Assembly: GCA_963676215.2 (NCBI GenBank)
Contig: CAXXVT010000016.1
Coordinates: forward strand, 45,689 to 109,688
DNA: 64,000 nt
From: Opitutales bacterium
Lineage (GTDB): Bacteria; Verrucomicrobiota; Verrucomicrobiia; Opitutales; JAFGAQ01
Direction of reading: 5' to 3'
Of this stretch, positions 44,756 through 53,211 are shown one piece after another (position 1 is the stretch's first letter; each line of letters starts with the position of its first letter). The notes beneath the pieces were generated by a model. The model ran no database searches. It had not been told where the DNA came from and saw nothing but the letters and a program-made list of their open reading frames with translations. The position numbers were made by a program, and so were the translations under genes.

Positions 44756-47109
44756 GCAGGGATATCTTGGTCAAATAGTTCAGACTCCAGTTCCTGGAGT
44801 GCGTTTTCGTAGTTAACTTTTCCGCCAAAGACATCGTTAATGATTTCCACTGGAGTTCCCATTTTGTCGAAAGGGGTCAGTTTCAGCACCTTGGGGCTTT
44901 CGATGGTGAGCACACCTTCGTCGGCATATTTTTCTAAAAGTGCTTCGAGGACGGCGCGAGCTTGTTCGCCATACTTGGTAAAGTAATTGCGCTTCTTGAC
45001 GTTCTCGGCTCGCTCCTTGCGGGTGAGCGGGGGTTGGTCGTAGGCAATATGGCAGATGAGATCGAAGTCGCCGTAGTCTTTGCCGACCTCTTCTGCGAGT
45101 TTCGGAAGCTCGATTCCATATTCCTCCAGCTCATTTACGATGGCTTCTTTTTTGCGAGTGGTTTTCCACGTTTGGATAAAGTCATCCAACGAAGCAAATT
45201 CCTTACGAATGCCTTTCCGACTGTAATCGCGGTAGGACTCGGTGACCATCTGCCCATCTTCACCGCGATATTCGACGTGCTTGGAGAGGATTTTTACGTC
45301 CACCCCGCTGACGCGAAGCTTCTTGGAATGGTATGGGTTGTCCCTATCATCCTCAACGCTGTCTGGATCTTCATCGTCGATTTCTGGATCGGGAGGGACG
45401 GGGTCATCGTCATCCCCTGGTTCATAGATCACAACAGGGTCACCGTCAAAATCGGGGTCGGAAAAGAGCTTAGTGGCATTCTTAAAGTCCATGACCGTGA
45501 AGAAGAATTTGCCAAATTCTTCCTCGATCCGAGTGCCGCGACCCACGATCTGCTTAAAGGTGGTCATCGAGTTGACCGTTTTATCAAGCACAATGAGTTT
45601 GCAGGTCTTCGCATCGACTCCGGTTGTGAGCAGTTCGGAGGTGGTGGCGATGACGGGGTATTTGCATTCTGAGTCGATGAAGTTGTCCAGCTCAGCTTTG
45701 CCCTCAACGCTGTCTCCCGTGATCCGCATCACGTATTTGGAATTGTCGCGCGCTAGTTGTCCGGCTGCATTCGTGATCGCCACTCGCATTCGCTCAGCGT
45801 GATCGATGTCCTCACAGAAAATGATGGTCTTTGCATATGGATCGGTTGCCCGAAGGAGCTCCATTACGCATTTGGCGATTAGCTTGGTGCGCTGGTTTAG
45901 AACCAAAATGCGATCCATGTCGGCCTGGTTGTATTCTCTTTGCGGAATTTCAACGCCAAGATCATCGGTCATGCCTGCTGGGGGTGTCCAACCTTCGAGG
46001 TCTTTGTCCAAATGATAGCGAACGACCTTGTAGGGAGCGAGGAAGCCGTCTTCGATGCCTTGTTTCAGCGTGTAACTGTAAACGGGATCACCAAAGTAAG
46101 TGATATTGGATGTGTATTTCGTTTCCTTGGGAGTAGCGGTGAGGCCAATTTGAGTGGCGCTCGAAAAATACTCCAAAATCTCCCGCCACGCAGAATCTTC
46201 TGACGCACTGCCGCGATGACATTCGTCGATGACGATGAGGTCGAAAAAATCACGGGATACATTTTTGAAGATTTTGTCTTCTTCATCTGGTCCCGTGAGG
46301 GCCTGATAGAGGCCAAGATAGATTTCGTAGGAAGGATCAATCTTCCGGTTTTTGATCTTGGTCATGACCGAGCCGAAGGGCTTGAAGTCGTTCACCAGAG
46401 TTTGATCGGCAAGGATATTTCGATCCACAAGAAACAGCGTGCGTTTGGCTCTTTTTGCCTTCCACAGACGCCAGATGATTTGAAACGTGGTGTAGGTTTT
46501 TCCGGTGCCAGTTGCCATGACTAAAAGCAGCCGATTTTGGCCTTTCGCGATAGCTTCCATGCAACGGTTGATTGCTTCCGATTGATAGTAGCGTGGTTCT
46601 TTCCCGAATGCGTCCTGATAGTATGGTTCGAGTACTAACGCTTCTTCATGATCCTCAATATTCCGGAACTTTTTGTAGCGTTTCCAAAGGACGTCAGGAC
46701 TCGGAAACGCATCCAGAGGGAATTCGCATTCGGTATTTTCAGCGTCTGCCGCCACTTTATTGTGGGAGGCAAAGGCATCTCCATTGGAACTAAATGCGCT
46801 TGGAAGATTCAGATCTTCGGTATAACTGATGGCCTGCTGCAGGCCGTGGCTGACCGAGTGGGTATTGTCCTTTGCCTCAACAACGGCGATGGGCATTCCT
46901 TTTTCACGAAGAAGCGCATAGTCTGCCCGCCGACGTTTCTTCTTATTGCGAGAGGATAGGTTGCCTCGAACGATAACGGGACCTGGAGAAATGGGGTATT
47001 CCCGACGGATTTGTTTAACCTGATCCCAACCGGCTTCCTTGATTGCGGGTGTGATGAAAAGATCGCAGATGTCGATTTCGGTGAGGTCTTTTTTTTCCTT
47101 TGGAGTCAT
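44752..47109 (-). CDS. hsdR: Type I restriction endonuclease/translocase HsdR
   Basis: N-terminal nuclease region (ADYALL...VVEAKD), SF2 helicase motifs (LLVMATGTGKTYT, LIVIDECHRGS, GLTATP, QIVGRGTR) and the C-terminal DUF-type domain common in HsdR. There is a 4-nt overlap with hsdM. Confidence 0.93.
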   Translation of the reverse strand: MTPKEKKDLTEIDICDLFITPAIKEAGWDQVKQIRREYPISPGPVIVRGNLSSRNKKKRRRADYALLREKGMPIAVVEAKDNTHSVSHGLQQAISYTEDLNLPSAFSSNGDAFASHNKVAADAENTECEFPLDAFPSPDVLWKRYKKFRNIEDHEEALVLEPYYQDAFGKEPRYYQSEAINRCMEAIAKGQNRLLLVMATGTGKTYTTFQIIWRLWKAKRAKRTLFLVDRNILADQTLVNDFKPFGSVMTKIKNRKIDPSYEIYLGLYQALTGPDEEDKIFKNVSRDFFDLIVIDECHRGSASEDSAWREILEYFSSATQIGLTATPKETKYTSNITYFGDPVYSYTLKQGIEDGFLAPYKVVRYHLDKDLEGWTPPAGMTDDLGVEIPQREYNQADMDRILVLNQRTKLIAKCVMELLRATDPYAKTIIFCEDIDHAERMRVAITNAAGQLARDNSKYVMRITGDSVEGKAELDNFIDSECKYPVIATTSELLTTGVDAKTCKLIVLDKTVNSMTTFKQIVGRGTRIEEEFGKFFFTVMDFKNATKLFSDPDFDGDPVVIYEPGDDDDPVPPDPEIDDEDPDSVEDDRDNPYHSKKLRVSGVDVKILSKHVEYRGEDGQMVTESYRDYSRKGIRKEFASLDDFIQTWKTTRKKEAIVNELEEYGIELPKLAEEVGKDYGDFDLICHIAYDQPPLTRKERAENVKKRNYFTKYGEQARAVLEALLEKYADEGVLTIESPKVLKLTPFDKMGTPVEIINDVFGGKVNYENALQELESELFDQDIPA

Positions 47110-47115
47110 GGGAGA

Positions 47116-48030
47116 TTATCTTCCTTCATAGGCAGCTTCGAGGTAGGGCTTCGCTTTTTCAAAGTCCTGCAACGATGTCAGTGAGATTTCAGCATTGCCG
47201 GTGCCCCAGTGCCCGACGTTGGAAACGTCTCGCAAGAAACTGTTTGAAGATTCGATGAGGCCGGGGTTGATGTGGAGATAAAGTATAATGCGCTTTTGTT
47301 GGAAAACGACTGTAGCAAAGTTACGGATGCGTTTGTAGGCGATGTAGAGCTTCATGTCTTTGCGTTGTACATCGTCGCCAATGGAAAGCATGAATGTCGT
47401 GAGTTCCTCAAAGATTGGGCTAAGCGGTTTAGGGAGCTCCTTGAGCCATTCAACAACAGGTTTGTCGCTCGAAACACTTTTCCCTTTGGAAGGATTGGTG
47501 GGTTCAGGCCGAGATCCGGTTTTTTCAGAAACAGCATTCACGAGTTCAAATAGAAGCAGATCCTCTCCGAAGCGACGATAGCGAATGAGTTCGATGTTGC
47601 GATTGATCTGTTGAACCGCATGGCTGTCAAATTTGGTGAAGTCTGCGGCGATACATAGGAGTCTTGGTGAAGACCAATCGATTTGATCTGCTGATTTTTT
47701 TCCAAACTCTTCGAGAACCAGCAATTTGAATTCTGCCTGGTGATCCATGAGCCAATCGAGGTAATAAAGACCCTGGTTGATGACATTCTCGGATGAGGTT
47801 CGTTTGTATTCGAGGATAACGGGACAATTATTTTCATCGATACCGAGGGTATCAATGCGGCCGCCGTGGGTTTTACCTGTGGAATATTCAGAAGCTAAAA
47901 AGCGAATGCCAAGTAGTGATTCGAGGTTGGACTCAATAAATGTCTGTAATGTTTTTTCGAGGGAAGAAGCAGAGCCTTTGATTTCAGATGCTTTATCGGT
48001 TTGAATTTTGAACAGCTTGATGTCGCTCAT
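47116..48030 (-). CDS. PD-(D/E)xK (NucS/DUF91-like) nuclease domain + DUF5655-like C-terminal domain protein
   Basis: GGRIDTLGIDENNCPVILEYKR carries the D...ExK motif. The C-terminal half (KDMKLYIAYKRIRNFATVVFQQKRIILYLHINP...HWGTGNAEISL) resembles DUF5655. It ends 6 nt before the hsdR start. Confidence 0.6.
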   Translation of the reverse strand: MSDIKLFKIQTDKASEIKGSASSLEKTLQTFIESNLESLLGIRFLASEYSTGKTHGGRIDTLGIDENNCPVILEYKRTSSENVINQGLYYLDWLMDHQAEFKLLVLEEFGKKSADQIDWSSPRLLCIAADFTKFDSHAVQQINRNIELIRYRRFGEDLLLFELVNAVSEKTGSRPEPTNPSKGKSVSSDKPVVEWLKELPKPLSPIFEELTTFMLSIGDDVQRKDMKLYIAYKRIRNFATVVFQQKRIILYLHINPGLIESSNSFLRDVSNVGHWGTGNAEISLTSLQDFEKAKPYLEAAYEGR

Positions 48031-48100
48031 GGTAGGGGAGTTAAAACAGGATCTTTGCCAATTTTAGATACCTGGTTGCCGCTCAAAGGTCAAGACAGGG

Positions 48101-48613
48101 TCAGTTTCGGGTGATTTGAAATTTTCCTAACGGTTTACAGGCTTTACCCCACTCATTGGGAGTGAAAATAAAGACGCCATTGCGGCGTTCGAAATGAAAT
48201 TTGGTGGCGTGTATGTTGATCCATGGAGGGGATCCATTTTTCCAATCGCCGTAGGTGCCGAGTGATTCTTTTTCCCGATAGACTTCAGATCGGACGATGA
48301 GGTTGAATTTGAGGTCAATGCCGTTCAATCGGTCGGCTTCGGTGATGGGCTGGACTTGCGGTTGCATGGTAAATCCGCGCATTTCATAAAACTTTCGGGT
48401 AAAACCTTCTTTTTCCCAAATGTAGGTGGCTTCACTCCCCTTCATCGTAAAGTGATGGGACATTGATTGAGTGATGAAGGTTTTGAGGGTGCGGTGGCGT
48501 ACATCCTTTTGTTCAAGAAAAGGAGTTGGGTTTTCTGTTGCGCAAACCACGGATTTGAGGGCGACTGAGCAAAGGATGAGACAGATGAAAAGAAGTAGGA
48601 GTTTCTTGATCAT
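48101..48613 (-). CDS. Secreted hypothetical protein
   Basis: Signal peptide MIKKLLLLFICLILCSVALKSVVCA. I recognise no family. Confidence 0.5.
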   Translation of the reverse strand: MIKKLLLLFICLILCSVALKSVVCATENPTPFLEQKDVRHRTLKTFITQSMSHHFTMKGSEATYIWEKEGFTRKFYEMRGFTMQPQVQPITEADRLNGIDLKFNLIVRSEVYREKESLGTYGDWKNGSPPWINIHATKFHFERRNGVFIFTPNEWGKACKPLGKFQITRN

Positions 48614-48718
48614 TGAAGGACGGATTGAAGTGGAGTGAATGAGTTCTGTATTCTTGCAAAGAGACTTAGAAGATCAATGCCGTTTTTGAAAAAACGAATT
48701 ACTTTAAGAATACTTGTT

Positions 48719-49210
48719 TCATTTTTCGAAGATTTGCTGGAGTAGAGGTTTTACAGTTTTAAAAATTTGGGTGCTGGTGTGCCAGTCTTTCAAGTAATCA
48801 AAGGAGGTGTATTGATGAAGCATGACAATGATCCAATACGTTATCTGATATTCCGTTTTTGAGATTTTATGCCAGAAGATTCGTTGGGCTAGAAAGGCCA
48901 TGGGCCAAGCTCCGATAAGTTCGAAAAAGTGAAGGTTTTGCTCTGGAGTCCGCCACTCCTTTTGCTGGGCCTTTCGTTTATCTGAGCCGTAGAGATAAAG
49001 GATTAGCAGTGAAATTACAATGAGGTAGCCAGCGATCCAATTGACATCAATAACGAGGCAAAGCTTTCTGAGTGCGAGGTATGGGAGGAACAGTAATCCA
49101 GCCAGAAGCATTATCCTCAATCCCCAAAACACAGGGTTTCTTTGGGCTTTGGGAGGATTCTGGTTCTGTTGTCTGGAAGACCTTCGTTTGGAATTGGCTG
49201 ACTTTGCCAT
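48719..49210 (-). CDS. DUF1294 membrane protein
   Basis: DKRKAQQKEWRTPEQNLHFFELIGAWPMAFLAQRIFWHK matches the DUF1294 core (RxPE...GGWxG...HK), with a basic N-terminal tail. Confidence 0.65.
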   Translation of the reverse strand: MAKSANSKRRSSRQQNQNPPKAQRNPVFWGLRIMLLAGLLFLPYLALRKLCLVIDVNWIAGYLIVISLLILYLYGSDKRKAQQKEWRTPEQNLHFFELIGAWPMAFLAQRIFWHKISKTEYQITYWIIVMLHQYTSFDYLKDWHTSTQIFKTVKPLLQQIFEK

Positions 49211-49349
49211 GCTAATTTTTAAGATGATACTCTAATTATTAGCGAGGAGTAGTCAGATCTTGTCAAAGTGATCGAGTCGATTTTGAGGAATTTCTAAATC
49301 CTGTTTATCCTGTGAATCCATGTCGAAACTGAACTTGAAGGCAGGAGTG

Positions 49350-49389
49350 AAAAAGGCCTCACAACCATAGTGGGGTGAAGCCTTTTTTC
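49350..49389 (-). terminator. Rho-independent (bidirectional-looking) terminator after satP
   Basis: aaaaaggcctcac - loop - gtgaagcctttttt, with A- and T-runs on both sides, about 40 nt downstream of the satP stop. Confidence 0.6.
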
Positions 49390-49428
49390 AAAAAAAGTTT
49401 AAGATCGTTTCCGTGAAAAAGAATGAAG

Positions 49429-49995
49429 CTAGATGAGGGGTTTGCCCATCGGCAGTACCGGACGTTCGAAGACTTGTGCGTAGATCGAGCCAGCCATCAT
49501 GTAAAGGGCACCAAGGGCGCAACCCATGAGTTCGTAGCCTGCAACTTTGGTGAGTTGGGGGTAGCCAAAATGGGCGAGATCCAAGAGGATAAAACCAATG
49601 AGTAAGAGGAGAAAAGTGATGCCCATTGCAGCGTGAATTCGCAGGGCTGGCACGAGCATAATTGCAGTGTATACAGTATATCCTACCAAAAACCATCCGA
49701 TGTCGTTACCGCTGCTTTGGTAGATTCCTAAATGATTGCAAATGAGGATTACTCCGAAGGATATCCAAAATGCGCCATAGGCTACAAATGCGCTGTATCC
49801 GAAGTTATTTCCGCATTTGAACTCTTGAAAACCTGCGATCAGTTGGGCAAATCCTCCGAAAATTAGAGCGAGAGCGAGTACGGGTCCGACTCCGCACCAT
49901 CCAACGTTGTGAAATTGGAGTAACAGTGTTGTCACTCCAAAGCCTGCTAGCCCTACCACCGCGGGGTTTCCTTGTGTATCTGTGTTTTGAGACAT
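49429..49995 (-). CDS. satP: Acetate/succinate uptake transporter (GPR1/FUN34/YaaH family)
   Basis: NPAVVGLAGFGVTTLLLQFHNVGW (NPAPLGL-type signature) and six TM helices in 188 aa. Confidence 0.85.
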   Translation of the reverse strand: MSQNTDTQGNPAVVGLAGFGVTTLLLQFHNVGWCGVGPVLALALIFGGFAQLIAGFQEFKCGNNFGYSAFVAYGAFWISFGVILICNHLGIYQSSGNDIGWFLVGYTVYTAIMLVPALRIHAAMGITFLLLLIGFILLDLAHFGYPQLTKVAGYELMGCALGALYMMAGSIYAQVFERPVLPMGKPLI

Positions 49996-50241
49996 TGATT
50001 TTTAACTTTAAGTAATATTTGTGTCCGACTCATCGAAAACAAAACTCGCGATGGCAGCTAAATATCGGATGTCTGTCAATTAACTAATAAGCAATATCAA
50101 TATTATTAATAAAACTTATGGGAAAAGAGAGGCGAGAGGCGAGGGGCTATGGGTGAGAGGGTTCGTCAAGTCGAACCCCTACTTTTGAGGTGGTGGTTGT
50201 GGTTGGATCGAACGCCTATTGATTTTCGCAGATATCCTAAA

Positions 50242-50259
50242 TCACGACTGAAGTCATGA
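50242..50259. repeat. REP-like hairpin, family C (inverted copy)
   Basis: tcacgactgaagtcatga followed by tctcc is the reverse complement of the ggag.tcatgactt.agtcgtga units at 18957 and 20083. Confidence 0.55.
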
Positions 50260-50452
50260 TCTCCGTATTGCCCCGTTTCTCAACAATTCTGTGGGGTTCA
50301 AAATCCTGAAAGCATCTCATTCCAGGCAGATAATCAGATCGGAAATACATACTATTATCCCGGTGTCCTCGGCGCCGAAGACGGCGGTAAGATCGATTGG
50401 TTCTCAAATCTGAAATTTGTTACTTCAAATCGGGATAACCGCTAACAGGGGC

Positions 50453-50698
50453 TTATCCTTTGTACTCGCCTTTTTTGGCGCGTTTTTGAGCGTCTTCGCC
50501 TGTGATGAGGGTTTCGTGACCGTCGAGCATGGAAACGGAGCGATAGACAGGGCCAGTCTTGCGGCGACCGCCCGTGCTGCGAGTGCCTGTGGATGCTCTG
50601 CGAGCACCAGATTTCACGTGCTCATACTTCTTTTCAAGGGCTTCACGTTTGGCCTTCTTTTCTTGGATTTTTTTGATGAATTCTGGATCAACTGCCAT
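50453..50698 (-). CDS. Small basic hypothetical protein
   Basis: 81 aa, Lys/Arg-rich (KKIQEKKAKREALEKKYEHVKSGARRASTGTRSTGGRRKTG). I recognise no family. Confidence 0.4.
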   Translation of the reverse strand: MAVDPEFIKKIQEKKAKREALEKKYEHVKSGARRASTGTRSTGGRRKTGPVYRSVSMLDGHETLITGEDAQKRAKKGEYKG

Positions 50699-50801
50699 GG
50701 GAAATATTTTTATTTAAAGAGTTAGATGTCTTTCTCAACAGTGTAAGTCAATTTGTGAATGTAACAAAATTTTCAGGGAGGAAATCTTGGGAGTGTGCGG
50801 T

Positions 50802-51113
50802 TTAGGTGTTCACCTCGCCGATATGGGACTTGATGGAATCTACTTTCTGTTTCATGCGCCCCATCTCACCTTTGCGAATATCAAACTTCAAGGTGGAGTA
50901 GACCCGTTCACAATCGGTTTCGAGTGTTTCGTATGCCTTCTCAACAATGTCGAGTGCTTCCCTCACGGTTGCAGTTTCAATGATGGTGCCCATTGGAGTG
51001 AGTTGATAAGGATGCCCAGAAGCATCGATTTCCTTGATGATTCGGGAAACATAGGTGCTGACAGTTACCCCTTTGTCGGTTGGAAACATCGCGAATTCTA
51101 AAATGACTGACAT
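50802..51113 (-). CDS. MTH1187/YkoF-like (UPF0045, DUF77) thiamine-binding-fold protein
   Basis: MSVILEFAMFPTDKGVTVSTYVSRIIKEIDASGHPYQLTPMGTIIE fits the family N-terminal pattern; about 100 aa. Confidence 0.65.
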   Translation of the reverse strand: MSVILEFAMFPTDKGVTVSTYVSRIIKEIDASGHPYQLTPMGTIIETATVREALDIVEKAYETLETDCERVYSTLKFDIRKGEMGRMKQKVDSIKSHIGEVNT

Positions 51114-51323
51114 AGGAAATATTGAATAGGGAGTTAGGAGTTAGAAGCAAGGAGTTAGAAGCAATTTGGGAAACGGTTATCGTTCGTTGAATGGGTGACG
51201 CTACTTTTTATCCACGTCCAATTGGTTAGTTAAGAGACAAATTCGAGGCCTATGACTTGCGAGCTGGCAGGCAATGGGTAGAGTATTGCGTCCTGATTCT
51301 TCAATGACTTGAGTTGATATCCT

Positions 51324-51782
51324 ATGAGAGTTGAGAATATTTTTATTTCGCCCGGTCACAATTTTTTTGGACGATGGGGGAAAGGTGCCGATAATCACGA
51401 AACACACGAAGTGAGTTCAGTGAACTGTGTATCGGGACGGGGCCTGGAGGGAGATCGTTTTTTTGATTACGAAAAAAACGACAAAAGTCATATTACTCTG
51501 TTCTCAAAGGAAATTTTTGACGATATGTGTCGGGCCTTGGAGATTTTTGACCGGGGTCCAGAAGTTGTGAGGCGTAATGTTATCGTATCGGGCATCGATC
51601 TCAATTCTTTAGTTGGCAAGACGTTTTCATTGCAGGGCATTGAGTTCGAAGGAGTGGAGGAGTGTTCACCCTGCCAATGGATGGACGAAGCTTTTGGGAA
51701 AGGTGCAATGGCCTTTCTTAAAGGCCAGGGCGGATTGCGGTGCCGAATTCTTAACGACGGAGTGTTAGTGAAAGATGGGTGA
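51324..51782 (+). CDS. MOSC domain protein
   Basis: ISPGHNFFGR..., GLEGDRF, RRNVIVSGIDLNSLVGKTFSLQGIEFEGVEECSPCQWM carries the conserved MOSC Cys. Confidence 0.7.
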   Translation: MRVENIFISPGHNFFGRWGKGADNHETHEVSSVNCVSGRGLEGDRFFDYEKNDKSHITLFSKEIFDDMCRALEIFDRGPEVVRRNVIVSGIDLNSLVGKTFSLQGIEFEGVEECSPCQWMDEAFGKGAMAFLKGQGGLRCRILNDGVLVKDG

Positions 51783-52383
51783 TCTAATCCTCAACGGCAT
51801 TGTCCTCGCGGGTGGTAACTCAAGTCGAATGGGAACGAACAAAGCTCTCATCGAGATTTTGGGTGTTCCTATGTTGCTCCGTCAGATTTCCAAGCTAGAG
51901 GTAGTATTAGAGGGTTATCCTGAATCTGAAATCCTGGTTTCTGTGCGGGAGCTCGGAGTATTGGAACTACCGGAGAAAGCTCGGTATGTGGACGATCTTA
52001 CCCCAGGGGAGGGGCCGTTAATGGGAATTTATACTTGTCTGAAAACACTGGAAAGTGGGCATGTGGTGGTATTGGGTGTGGATATGCCAAGAATTGACCC
52101 CATGATTTTGTGCGAATTAGTGGAGTGTTGTGAGCCTGGTATTGGTATTGTGCCTGGGTATCGGAGTTCTGGGTTTTTTGAGCCGCTCGCGGCGATTTAT
52201 CCGATTGAAATGGTGAGTTTAATCGGGAAATACCTGGAGAGTGGGAAACGGTCGCTCCAGGAATTGGTGCGTCTGGGTATCGAAAAGCGTTATTTGAAAA
52301 AGCATGAGATCGCAAAGATGGACGTGACAAAATTCATGAATGTGAATTGTCCGCAGGACTTTGTGGAATACGCAGATGATTGA
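51775..52383 (+). CDS. mobA: Molybdenum cofactor guanylyltransferase MobA
   Basis: GIVLAGGNSSRMGTNKALIE (LAGGxSxRMG), LGVDMP. It overlaps the MOSC gene by 8 nt. Confidence 0.8.
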   Translation: MGDLILNGIVLAGGNSSRMGTNKALIEILGVPMLLRQISKLEVVLEGYPESEILVSVRELGVLELPEKARYVDDLTPGEGPLMGIYTCLKTLESGHVVVLGVDMPRIDPMILCELVECCEPGIGIVPGYRSSGFFEPLAAIYPIEMVSLIGKYLESGKRSLQELVRLGIEKRYLKKHEIAKMDVTKFMNVNCPQDFVEYADD

Positions 52384-52416
52384 CGTATTCATGCTCTGTC
52401 ATCATGCTCTGGTTTC

Positions 52417-53184
52417 ATGAGTAACGATTCCCTCTATCACATTGGTTTTGGCGCTTCGGATCTAGGCAGGACTCCAGCAACGATTGCACTTTTGTCGGGT
52501 GACCCAGGGCGTGCAAAGCAGATCGCTACGGATCACTTCAAAGACGTGAGATGTCTCTCTGAAAACAGGGGATTGAACAGTTATTTAGGACAGATTGGAC
52601 CGCACCCGGTGATATCAGCCACTAGCGGAATGGGGGCGCCCAGTCTTTCGATCATCGTGAACGAATTAGCTCAAGTGGGTGTAAAGACAATCATTCGAGT
52701 GGGGACGAGTGGATCGATTCAACCTCATGTCAAAGTTGGAAGTGTTGTGATTTCTTCGGGGTCACTTTGTTTACAGGGGGCGGCCAATGATATCGCCCCA
52801 CGGGACTACCCGGCCGTGGCTGATCCTTATTTGACGGTCGCACTAGCAAATACAGCTCAAGCCTTGGGGATTGATGCTCATGTTGGGATCACTGCCAGCG
52901 TGGATACTTTTTACGAAGGCCAGGGAAGAACTGGTAGCGCCAATCCGAAGCTAATGCGCTCGCATACGGGCTTGGTTGATGAATACGTACAGCTCAATGT
53001 TCTCAACTTTGAAATGGAGGCGGGAACCCTGTTTAAGATGGGCAGTGTTTACGGGTTTCGGGCTGCTTGTGTCTGTGCCATCATTGCGGAACGAACAGAT
53101 TCAGAGGAAGTGATCCTCGAGAAGAAAGATCAGGCAGTGAGAAATGCGATTAAAGTTGCGATAAAAAGCGTAGAGGGTCTTTAA
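52417..53184 (+). CDS. udp: Uridine phosphorylase-type nucleoside phosphorylase
   Basis: Collinear with E. coli Udp from memory: LYHIGF..., LLSGDPGRAKQIA, SATSGMGAPSLSIIVNELAQVG..IIRVGTSGSIQPHVKVGSVV, YPAVADP, VGITASVDTFYEGQGR, NFEMEAGTLF. Confidence 0.8.
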   Translation: MSNDSLYHIGFGASDLGRTPATIALLSGDPGRAKQIATDHFKDVRCLSENRGLNSYLGQIGPHPVISATSGMGAPSLSIIVNELAQVGVKTIIRVGTSGSIQPHVKVGSVVISSGSLCLQGAANDIAPRDYPAVADPYLTVALANTAQALGIDAHVGITASVDTFYEGQGRTGSANPKLMRSHTGLVDEYVQLNVLNFEMEAGTLFKMGSVYGFRAACVCAIIAERTDSEEVILEKKDQAVRNAIKVAIKSVEGL

Positions 53185-53211
53185 GAAAGTCGCACAAGGT
53201 CCGATCTTGAA

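Noticed and set aside
43712-45672. Long plus-strand ORFs (43712..44386, 224 aa; 44962..45672, 236 aa) inside hsdM/hsdR
   Set aside because: They lie antisense to strongly supported hsdM and hsdR genes. Their translations are low-complexity (V/G/D/F-rich) with no motifs. They are typical shadow ORFs of coding sequence.
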